From Candidatus Latescibacterota bacterium (lineage in GTDB: Bacteria; Latescibacterota; UBA2968; GCA-2709665): a stretch of DNA of 64,000 nt. The translations under genes and the position numbers were made by a program. The notes beneath the pieces were generated by a model. That model saw nothing but the letters and a program-made list of their open reading frames with translations, was not told the origin of the DNA and did no database searches. Of this stretch, positions 19,448-27,603 are shown piece by piece (the stretch's first letter is position 1; every line of letters starts with the position of its first letter). The stretch spans positions 1,024,001 through 1,088,000 of the forward strand of contig OZ244937.1 of NCBI GenBank assembly GCA_965222075.1, given 5' to 3'.

Positions 19448-19765
19448 ATGAGCATGGCGGCAAAAGACCTCTATTTGGAGGGGTTGAAAAAGATCTCGGT
19501 GGGTGATTTCGGTGGGGCGATTGAGGCCTTCCGGAAGGCCCTGGGGGAGGATGACCGGTTTTTTCTGGCTCACCTGGGCTGGTCACAGGCCTTAGACAGG
19601 CAGGGCAACGTTGATGAGGCGATTGTTCAGGCGAAGAAGGCCATCGAGATTGCCCCCGACGAGCCTTTAGCCCATACCAGCCTCTCCCGTCTGTTTCAGC
19701 AGAAGGGGATGATTCCCGAGGCGGAAGAAGAGATGGCCATCTCCCAGCGCCTTCAGGGGACATAG
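19448..19765 (+). CDS. Small TPR protein
   Basis: GAIEAFRKAL..AIVQAKKAIEIAPD TPR pattern; RBS GGAGG. Confidence 0.85.
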   Translation: MSMAAKDLYLEGLKKISVGDFGGAIEAFRKALGEDDRFFLAHLGWSQALDRQGNVDEAIVQAKKAIEIAPDEPLAHTSLSRLFQQKGMIPEAEEEMAISQRLQGT

Positions 19766-19797
19766 GTATCGGCCCGCCCTTTAGATTGCAGAGCAAG

Positions 19798-19826
19798 GGG
19801 ACGTTTTGGAGGAGCGTCCCTTTTTT
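19798..19826 (+). terminator. Rho-independent terminator
   Basis: GGGACGT..GCGTCCC followed by TTTTTT. Confidence 0.65.
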
Positions 19827-19846
19827 GTGTTACCCCCAAATGGGGA

Positions 19847-21970
19847 ATGCCGATGGCTGACCTCAACCTGCGGTTTTCCGTTCTTCTGGTGGGGATGCTG
19901 GCAATGCTGCCGCCCCCATCAGAGGCGGGGTCCAGGACAAACACCCGGGTTCGTCCCTGCGGTGTGCTGGCGGATTCTCTCTTCAGGGCCGCGATGGCCG
20001 ATACGACGCGTCCGGTGAAGGAGAGGATCACGCTGTTGAAGCAGGTTTTGAAGGTGGACAGAAACCACACGGAGGCCCTGCACGCCCTGGGATGCCTCTA
20101 CATGGCACAAAATACGATCTTCAGTCGAGACCTGGCCCGCCGCAGGCTGGAAAGGGTTTTGCAGCTGGACTCCGAAAATGTGAGGTACCACGAGTCCTAT
20201 GCCACCCTGCTGCGTCGACAGGGGTTTTACTACAATTCGATGAGACATTTTAAGAAGATTTTAGAGATGGATGCCGACCATGCAGACGCGGCTTGCGAAG
20301 TGGGGGAGTACCTGCTTCGGGATATGCTCAAATATGTCGATGCCCGCCGGTTTGACGGAGGGGGAAGCATGCGGTCCTTCGGACTGGAGAGCCGGGACGA
20401 GGCCGCGGATTTTTTCCAATATGCGCTCCGGAAAGATCCTTACTGTCGGCGTGCCTATTACCGGCTGGGGTTTCTGAGTTTAGAGAGTGGGCGTCCGAAG
20501 GGCCTTGTGAGGCTCTCGAAGCTGCTGCTGGAGCGCTATCCCGGCGACCCGGACGGGCTGCTCTTCCTGGGGCTGGGATATCAGGAAATGGGAGATATGG
20601 AGAGGGCCGATCGGGCGTATCGGGAGGCGCTGGATTGGATGGGGGAGCGGGACCGGCGGGTGATGGAATCCCCTGAGTTGATCGGGTTGATTGCCGGCCG
20701 GGAAGAGCGGCTGGGCCTGGGGCTGTCCAACGGTCGGGATGCGCGCGGGGAGGCTGTTTTCACGCCCGGGTTGGCCCGGTTCTGGAAGGTGAGAGATCCG
20801 CTTTTTCTGACCCGCTTTAACGAGCGACGCATGGCCCATTACGGCCGGGTCGCCTATGCCAACCTCCGGTTTTCCAGGCCGGATGAAGGGGTGGTGGGCC
20901 GGGAGACCGATATGGGCAAGGTCTGGATCCGGTACGGCCGTTACCTGGGGAGGGAACGTACGATCGAGCCGTACCGGGAGGTCTGGGCCTACGAGGATTT
21001 TCGGATTGTCTTCTACTCATACGACTCTTTTCATTGGTGGATCGAATTTTCAAAAGATGACCAGTGGGTGACCGGGCGGTATGGGCGGGGGGACGTGCTT
21101 TCGTCCGGATTCGCCCGCCGGGAGCGCTATGTCGATCCCTATGCGGACCAGAAATACCGTTTGCCCACCCAGGTGGGGGTCTTCAAGGCGCCCGACAACC
21201 GTGTAAAGGTCGACCTTTCCTGGGCCCTCCCAAAGGTCCGGCTGGGTTATTTAAAGCTTTACGATACCTATCAGGTGAACCTGCAAGACGGGGTATTTCT
21301 GTTCGACGATGCGGACGATCCGGTGGTGCGTCAGGTGCGGCGTCGGGAGGTGTTTCGGGATGTCTGGCAGGATACGTTGAAGTCGTGTTATCTGCTGGAT
21401 CGGGCTTCGGTGACGCTGGAGGGTGGGGCTTTCCGGCTGGCTGTGGAGGTGAGGGATAAAGAGAAGGAGACGATCGGGACCTTCCGGGATACCCTCAATG
21501 TGGAGCCGTTTGGCGAGGTGAGGCTGGGGCTGAGCAGTATTATTCTGGCTACCCAGGTGATCGGAGGTGAGGATGGTGGCGGGAGGGGCCGCTTGCAGGT
21601 GATCCCCAATCCGGTCCGGACCTATACCCGATCCGAACCGCTTTATCTCTATTTCGAGGTCTACAACTTGGCGCAGGATGCCTTTGGGCAGACCCGCTAT
21701 CGCGTTGAATACCGGATAGGGATGCCCAAGTTGCGGCGTTTGCCCTTACGGCTGGACCGGGCCGCAAGGGCGCGGCTGGGCCTGGAGGGGGAACGGTGGA
21801 CCGTTTCGGTGGCGACGGACTACACGGGAGGCCGGTCCGACGAATCGCTGCACTTAGACGTCGCTCTGAGCGATCTGAAGCCCGGGTTACAGCTCCTGAC
21901 GCTGGTGGTCACGGACCAAAATACGGGATTGCGGGCAGGACGAGAGGCGCTGTTTCGGATCGTAAAATAG
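19847..21970 (+). CDS. TPR + GWxTD-domain protein
   Basis: TPRs; FWKVRDP..NER..HYGRVAYANLRF..GRETDMGKVWIRYG (GWxTD variant). Confidence 0.85.
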   Translation: MPMADLNLRFSVLLVGMLAMLPPPSEAGSRTNTRVRPCGVLADSLFRAAMADTTRPVKERITLLKQVLKVDRNHTEALHALGCLYMAQNTIFSRDLARRRLERVLQLDSENVRYHESYATLLRRQGFYYNSMRHFKKILEMDADHADAACEVGEYLLRDMLKYVDARRFDGGGSMRSFGLESRDEAADFFQYALRKDPYCRRAYYRLGFLSLESGRPKGLVRLSKLLLERYPGDPDGLLFLGLGYQEMGDMERADRAYREALDWMGERDRRVMESPELIGLIAGREERLGLGLSNGRDARGEAVFTPGLARFWKVRDPLFLTRFNERRMAHYGRVAYANLRFSRPDEGVVGRETDMGKVWIRYGRYLGRERTIEPYREVWAYEDFRIVFYSYDSFHWWIEFSKDDQWVTGRYGRGDVLSSGFARRERYVDPYADQKYRLPTQVGVFKAPDNRVKVDLSWALPKVRLGYLKLYDTYQVNLQDGVFLFDDADDPVVRQVRRREVFRDVWQDTLKSCYLLDRASVTLEGGAFRLAVEVRDKEKETIGTFRDTLNVEPFGEVRLGLSSIILATQVIGGEDGGGRGRLQVIPNPVRTYTRSEPLYLYFEVYNLAQDAFGQTRYRVEYRIGMPKLRRLPLRLDRAARARLGLEGERWTVSVATDYTGGRSDESLHLDVALSDLKPGLQLLTLVVTDQNTGLRAGREALFRIVK

Positions 21971-22024
21971 TAAAGGCGCTGCTCGGCTGTCGTGGGTGTC
22001 GATCTGTAAGATCGGCGCTTTTTT

Positions 22025-23041
22025 TTACGCTCTGGGGGCAAACGATCGACTGCGGCGCAGCAGGAGGCTTACAAGGCCGGGGCCGCCGGTGATGAGGAAG
22101 GTGAGGTAGGCGATGCTATGGAGAACAGTGGCAAATGCAACGGCTTCGTCAAGGGGCACTCCGTAGAGGTGGTAGAGGCTCTGGCTGCAAAAGTAGTGGT
22201 AGGTGCCTATGCCGCCCAAACTGGGGAGAACGATGCCGACCGTTGAGATGGCCATAACCACCAGGGCGGCGGCGAGGTCGAGCCCGTAGCGTTCTGGAAA
22301 ATTGAAGGCCAGAAAGGGGAGGTAGACGGCCAGGATGTAAATCCCGCTGAGCAGGAGGGTGGAGATGAAGATTTCGGCATATCCCGCCACCGTGCGGATA
22401 GCCTCCATGCCCTGAAAGAATGAGCGCATCATTTCCACGAGGCGGTCAGCCAGCCTGTGTGATATGCCCCCAAAGATGCGCTGCAGAACCGTCAGGGTAC
22501 GTTCTCCATAGAGGGAGAGAACACCAAAGAGGATCATGAGGAGGAGCGAGACGAGGAGGGTGATCAAAGCCGCGGTTTCCATCCTGGGGTCTATGCGGGC
22601 GATTTCTGTTCGGAAGAAAAGGAGGGCGATGCCGAACAGGGCCGCCAGGACGAGCATGTCGATAATCCGCTCGACCACCACGGTGGCCAGAAGGCCGCTT
22701 ATGGGGAGGTCCCGGTCCTGTTTGACCGCGATTACGCGCGCAACCTCCCCCGCACGGGGAAAGAGGTTGTTTCCCGCATAACCGATCAGGACGGCCACAA
22801 AGGTTCGCCAGAGCGAGATGTCGCGGCTGATGGGCGCCATCAGGATCTGCCATCTCCAGGCGCGGGGAAGGTTGGATAGAAGGAGCAGGAGGGCCGTGGG
22901 AATAAGCCAGGAGGGCCGTGCCTGTTGAACCTCCTGCCAGAATCGGTGCAGGTCAATACCCCGAAAGGTCGCCCAGAGGAAGGCCCCGCAGATGCCCAGG
23001 ACAAGGGTGAGCTTGAGGAGGGTTTTCAGGTAGCGAGTCAA
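22025..23041 (-). CDS. Lysylphosphatidylglycerol synthase TM-domain (flippase-like) protein
   Basis: RAWRW, N.LFPRAGE, VVERIID, PS.GGIGTYH; multiple TM helices. Confidence 0.88.
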   Translation of the reverse strand: MTRYLKTLLKLTLVLGICGAFLWATFRGIDLHRFWQEVQQARPSWLIPTALLLLLSNLPRAWRWQILMAPISRDISLWRTFVAVLIGYAGNNLFPRAGEVARVIAVKQDRDLPISGLLATVVVERIIDMLVLAALFGIALLFFRTEIARIDPRMETAALITLLVSLLLMILFGVLSLYGERTLTVLQRIFGGISHRLADRLVEMMRSFFQGMEAIRTVAGYAEIFISTLLLSGIYILAVYLPFLAFNFPERYGLDLAAALVVMAISTVGIVLPSLGGIGTYHYFCSQSLYHLYGVPLDEAVAFATVLHSIAYLTFLITGGPGLVSLLLRRSRSFAPRA

Positions 23042-23050
23042 GCGCTGCTC

Positions 23051-23953
23051 TCAGGCCAGATAACCGAGTCCGCGGAGGGCGGTGTCTTTTTTTCGCCAGT
23101 TTTCATATACCTTCACGTGGAGATCGAGATAGACAGGGCGTTCTAAGAAGGCTTCGATTTTTTGCCGGGCATTCCTGCCGATCGATTTGAGGGCTTTGCC
23201 TCCCGTGCCGATGACAATGCCTTTCTGGGAGTTGCGCTCTACGATAATGTGCGCCTGAATGTAGGTTTTGGGGCGGTCTTCCCTGAATTCCTCAACTTGA
23301 ACGGCGACCGCATAGGGGACCTCCTGGCGGAGCTGGGAAAAGAGTTCCTCCCGAATGAGTTCTGAAACAAAGAAACGCTCCGGTTGTTCGGTGAGCATGT
23401 CATCGGGGTAGTACCGGGGTCCGGGGGGCAAAGCCGCTTCCAGAACAGACCGGAGCTGGAGGAGGTTGTCGCCGGTTGTGGCGGAGACAGGGAGGACCTC
23501 CTCTGCCGCAACCGTTGCGCGGATGGTGTTTAAGTACCGATTGACCGGGTCGGCGCTGACCAGGTCGGTTTTGTTGAGGGCGACCGTGCGGTGGGCGTGG
23601 GAAGCCGCAAAGGTGTCCTGGACCTCGCGGTCCAGGGTGTCTTCGAAGTTTGAGGCATCCACGATGCCCAGAAGGACATCCGCATCTCGCAGGGCGTCCT
23701 GGATCTTATTGCACATGATCTCCTGCAGCCGGTAGCGGGAATCGAGCAGCCCGGGCGTGTCTAAAAAGAGCATTTGAGACCCGGGTGTGGTGAGGATGCC
23801 CAGGATGTTGTTCCGGGTGGTCTGCGGTTTGGGGGTGGTAATGGAGAGCCGCTGGCCAACCAGGGCGTTAAACAGGGTCGATTTTCCCACATTGGGCCTG
23901 CCTACGATCACGATATAGCCCGACCGGAAGTCGGGAGAGGCGTTGGAGGACAT
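23051..23953 (-). CDS. era: GTPase Era
   Basis: GRPNVGKS, KPQTTR, DTPG, NKTD, KH domain VIGTGG. Confidence 0.97.
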   Translation of the reverse strand: MSSNASPDFRSGYIVIVGRPNVGKSTLFNALVGQRLSITTPKPQTTRNNILGILTTPGSQMLFLDTPGLLDSRYRLQEIMCNKIQDALRDADVLLGIVDASNFEDTLDREVQDTFAASHAHRTVALNKTDLVSADPVNRYLNTIRATVAAEEVLPVSATTGDNLLQLRSVLEAALPPGPRYYPDDMLTEQPERFFVSELIREELFSQLRQEVPYAVAVQVEEFREDRPKTYIQAHIIVERNSQKGIVIGTGGKALKSIGRNARQKIEAFLERPVYLDLHVKVYENWRKKDTALRGLGYLA

Positions 23954-24017
23954 AGCTGACCTGGAAGCATTGAATCGTGAAGATTGCCAGAATTGAAGAT
24001 TGAAAAATCTTCAATCT

Positions 24018-24971
24018 TCAGAAGTAGGCGGACGCGGAGATCCGGTAGGTGTTGTCCAACTGGCCATGTTCGAGGAAGGCCAGATCGAAGCCGAAGCGGC
24101 CATACAGGTGGATTCCGGCGCCTGCGGTGAAGTGGTCTCCCTCTGCGCCGATTCGGAATGCGAGTTTGTCCTGGAAACGGTATTCGACACCTGTGTGCAG
24201 CCCTTCTATGTCTTCCAATCCCGACTTTTCCTCGCCGATGTGGACGCTTGTGCTCCATGTGATCCGGCCCCGCAAGACAGGGATCATTCGGGTGTAGGCC
24301 ACGCCGAGCAGGAGGCTGGGAGGGATGTGATCGGCGGCCCCTGAATCGAAGCTGATCCGGGTTCGGGTGAGGTTGCGGAGGGTCAGGCCGGCGGAGAGAT
24401 CCGGTCGGGGGGTATAAAGCGCCCCCAGATCGATGCCGTAACCGGAGCCACTGCCAGCGCTCAGATCGCGCCAGATCAGTTTGAGGCCCACGCCAAGGGA
24501 GAGGGTTGAGCGGGCCTTTCGCCCGTAGGCGAGGGTGAGGGTGACATCCGTGGTCCCCACCACCTGCGAGACAAGGGGGCGATTGTCGGGCCCCAGGGGC
24601 ACAGACGGGTTTTCCAGAGCCGTCAGCTTGATGCCATCCACGCCGAGGCGCAGAAGCCCTATGCCAAAGCCTCCAACGGATGAGGGGCCGGCAAGGGTGA
24701 AGGCGTCGTGGTTGACGGTTCCGCCGAACTGTTCGGCGTGTTGAACCTGGACCTCCCTCCGGCTCAGGCGGGCGAGCCCGGCGGGGTTCCAGTAGACGGC
24801 CGTGGCATCGTCGCTGATGGCCACAAAGGCGCTGCCCATACCCAGGGACCTCGCGCCGGCACCCAGCAGCAGGGGGTCGCCCCCGTAGCGGGAGGTATTC
24901 TGCGCCTCTGTTTGGCCGGCGGTTGACAGGAGGCTCAGCAGGAGGAGGCCAGTAAGGGGTGACCGCTTCAC
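24018..24971 (-). CDS. PorV/PorQ-family outer-membrane beta-barrel
   Basis: GARSLGMGSAFVAISDDATAVYWNPAGL signature; terminal F. Confidence 0.85.
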   Translation of the reverse strand: MKRSPLTGLLLLSLLSTAGQTEAQNTSRYGGDPLLLGAGARSLGMGSAFVAISDDATAVYWNPAGLARLSRREVQVQHAEQFGGTVNHDAFTLAGPSSVGGFGIGLLRLGVDGIKLTALENPSVPLGPDNRPLVSQVVGTTDVTLTLAYGRKARSTLSLGVGLKLIWRDLSAGSGSGYGIDLGALYTPRPDLSAGLTLRNLTRTRISFDSGAADHIPPSLLLGVAYTRMIPVLRGRITWSTSVHIGEEKSGLEDIEGLHTGVEYRFQDKLAFRIGAEGDHFTAGAGIHLYGRFGFDLAFLEHGQLDNTYRISASAYF

Positions 24972-25570
24972 CGGGGCGCTCCGCTTTGGATTTCTAAGGG
25001 GGGAATCAGGATGGCTGCGTTCCCCGGTTGGAGGGCTGACCCAAGGGCTTTGACATCACGCCCCCTGAGTTCTAAGTGGCCGAGGTTGGGCGATGTGGGG
25101 GAGCCGACCGGCTGGATCAACAGGGAGGGGGAGAAATAGAGCCTGGAGATTTCACGGGGGCCTTCGATCAGACGGCCGATAAAATCCAGCGGCAACCGCC
25201 GTCCCCGGAGCCGGAGGCCGTGGTTGCCCGGTTCGGGCGTTACGGGATCGATGCGGTTGGCCATGTGGAACAGCAGGGTTTTCCGACGTGTATGGGGGAC
25301 AGGCCCCCAGCTCTGGATCGGACAGGTTCTCAAGAGGCGTCCGCCCGCTTTGAGGACGACCTCCCCGGCTGGCAGGTCGATGACCAGATAATAGGCCTCC
25401 CGATCGGCCCGAACGAGGCGGTATTCGATTTCCAGTGCGGTTTTTTTGCGCCAGAGGGCCCGTTTTTGAGCGGACGGTTCAGGTTCTGCGCCGGCCTGTT
25501 CCGCGGCCTCCAGGCTGCCGGCCAGAAGGACCAGGATGGGAAAGAGGATATGGGGCTGTCGCAAGGTCAA
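24968..25570 (-). CDS. L,D-transpeptidase-like protein lacking the catalytic Cys
   Basis: YYLVIDL..VLKAGGRLLRTCPI; GHLELRGRDVKAL..LQPG in place of GCIRL; start (TTG) inferred from overlap with the upstream stop. Confidence 0.6.
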   Translation of the reverse strand: MTLRQPHILFPILVLLAGSLEAAEQAGAEPEPSAQKRALWRKKTALEIEYRLVRADREAYYLVIDLPAGEVVLKAGGRLLRTCPIQSWGPVPHTRRKTLLFHMANRIDPVTPEPGNHGLRLRGRRLPLDFIGRLIEGPREISRLYFSPSLLIQPVGSPTSPNLGHLELRGRDVKALGSALQPGNAAILIPPLEIQSGAPR

Positions 25571-26199
25571 TAGATGTAGACCCGGCTGCCGGTTTTGGTG
25601 AGGGCATAAGCGGCTTCGAGATCGGCGTCGTTCAGGCGAATACAGCCGTGGGTGATGTGACGGCCGATCAGGTTGGGATACAGGTTGCCGTGAATCACAT
25701 AACCATCCCCCAGTTCCAGCGCATATTTTCCCAGGGTAATCGGGTCTAAACGACTGAAGTCCCACGGCAGGACGGGGGCGGATTGGCCCTGTTCCACAAA
25801 GGCCCATTTGGGCTTTTTCCAGATGGGGCCTTCGACCTTCCGCTGGACCTGGAAGACTTTCTTAGGCGTGTTAAAGTACCAGGCTTCCCGCTTTTTGCCC
25901 AGGAGCACCTTCCCGCTGCCGGTAGAGCAGACGGCCTCTTTGAGGATGCGGTCTCCCCTGCGAATCTGGAGGCGGTTGTGGACGGTATCGATGACAATGT
26001 AGGGGTCATTGCCCATAAACAGGGCCTCTTGAAGGTCCTGGATCTCGGCCTGGATCCGGGCCAGGGAGCGTTCATCGGGCACCTGGACGGATGGCTCCGG
26101 GGCTGGGTTCGCAGACGCGGGGGTGTCCCGGTAGAGGGCCTTGTAGAGGACTGCTGCTGCGGCCGGAATCAGAAGGAGAAAGAGGAGATATCTGCGCAT
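25567..26199 (-). CDS. L,D-transpeptidase (YkuD family)
   Basis: CSTG, YVIHG..THGCIRL catalytic His/Cys. Confidence 0.93.
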   Translation of the reverse strand: MRRYLLFLLLIPAAAAVLYKALYRDTPASANPAPEPSVQVPDERSLARIQAEIQDLQEALFMGNDPYIVIDTVHNRLQIRRGDRILKEAVCSTGSGKVLLGKKREAWYFNTPKKVFQVQRKVEGPIWKKPKWAFVEQGQSAPVLPWDFSRLDPITLGKYALELGDGYVIHGNLYPNLIGRHITHGCIRLNDADLEAAYALTKTGSRVYIY

Positions 26200-26290
26200 G
26201 GTGAGGGCCTAAAACCGGAAAACCGAGAAGGGGTTTCGCTTCTCGGTTTTCCAGAGCATTGCACGATTGGGAATCAATCGACACCGCGGT

Positions 26291-26905
26291 TTAAAGTTCA
26301 TACCAGGGGCGATTCTGCATCCGCCATTCCTCGACTTTCTGCATTGCCGTCTGCACGGCGCCCTGCACCTGAGACAGTTTGTCCTCGGCGGATCGGGCCT
26401 GGCCTAAGGCATCTTTGAACTTGCCGGTATTGAGGCTGTTCTTCGCATCGCTCAGTGAGGCTTCGGACTGCCCCAGGTCTGATTGGAGCTGATCGAGGTC
26501 AGCATCCGCACCTTTGCCCCGGGGCACATTGTTGAGGGCGGTTCTGAAGTCGGTAAGGTCCGTGGAGAGACGGGTGACCAGGTCCTGGGCCTCGTTACGG
26601 GTCTGTTCCATGGTGACTCCGGCCTCTTGCATGGCGCGGTCGGCCAGCTCTTTTGCACGGATTGCAGAGATCAAGGCGGCCTCATAGTCCCTCTGTTCGG
26701 ACTCGGGGTCGCCCTTGACGTTGGCATCGTTCAGGGTATCCTGGGCAGACTGGTAAGTCTCCGGGGCATAGATGTCAGCCTCTGCGTTTTTGGCAGCGGC
26801 CAGCGCATCCGCCGCCGCTTTGAGTTCGGCTTCGGGCGGCTGGGCACAACTGAAAAAGGCGAAGGCCAAACTTAAAACCAGACCGATTCTTAGGACAGAT
26901 CGCAT
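26291..26905 (-). CDS. DUF4398-like helical lipoprotein
   Basis: Lipobox FFSC; A..A.A..YAPE..AQD.L pattern; RBS GGAGG. Confidence 0.8.
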   Translation of the reverse strand: MRSVLRIGLVLSLAFAFFSCAQPPEAELKAAADALAAAKNAEADIYAPETYQSAQDTLNDANVKGDPESEQRDYEAALISAIRAKELADRAMQEAGVTMEQTRNEAQDLVTRLSTDLTDFRTALNNVPRGKGADADLDQLQSDLGQSEASLSDAKNSLNTGKFKDALGQARSAEDKLSQVQGAVQTAMQKVEEWRMQNRPWYEL

Positions 26906-26972
26906 CCTCCCCTCCTTTGTTAAGGACAGAGCCAATGATCTTCGGATATATACGTATGCAGGTATAAACAGT

Positions 26973-27001
26973 AAGATAAAACTTAACTTTATTATTGTCA
27001 A
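26973..27001 (-). promoter_or_regulatory. Sigma70 promoter
   Basis: TTGACA-17 bp-TATCTT on the minus strand upstream of 26905. Confidence 0.65.
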
Positions 27002-27234
27002 TACAAAAGTGCGTGCGCCCCACACTGGTCCTTTGAAGCGCAACCCGAAATTTGCCGTTGGATGTGTTTGGAAAAGAGAAGTTTGTGGTTGCGGTATGTC
27101 GCTGGAGAAAATATATTAAGTCCACCGGTTCGATGTGATATTTCACCTGGGTGTTTCATCTTTCAGATGGACCCATGCCGGGCGTTGGGAGCATCGCGGT
27201 TCGGTGTTTCGGATCCACCTGTCCGGGAGGGAAA

Positions 27235-27498
27235 ATGGAAATTAGCAATCAGTTGCTCGCGGGTGTGCTGGCCGCGCTGGGCGCTTTGATTATCCGGAGG
27301 TTTCGGATCTCGAAGCGCATCCCGAAGCGCATTGTTCCATTGGTTCCGATGGTCCTGTCGATGGTTATCTGGGGTTGGGTTTTTGTCAGAGATCCCGGGC
27401 AGTTTGCATCGATCTGGGAGATGCTGGAGACGGGCATCATCAGCGGCCTGCTGGGAAGCGGGATGCTCCATATTCTGCTTGGAGTAACGTCAGAATAA
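27235..27498 (+). CDS. Small 3-TM membrane protein (holin-like)
   Basis: IPKRIVPLVPMVLS..GIISGLLGSG; RBS GGAGG. Confidence 0.65.
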   Translation: MEISNQLLAGVLAALGALIIRRFRISKRIPKRIVPLVPMVLSMVIWGWVFVRDPGQFASIWEMLETGIISGLLGSGMLHILLGVTSE

Positions 27499-27603
27499 GC
27501 ATGTCGAAGCCCTGTTCCACACCAGGGCAGGTGAGGTTGCAGACGATGGCTCAGGCAGTTCTTGAAGTCCCGATAGCCAGGCGGGAGGGCGAGTCGGCAG
27601 CGT

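Noticed and set aside
27235-27498. Prophage around the holin-like gene
   Set aside because: No integrase, structural or lysin genes nearby.
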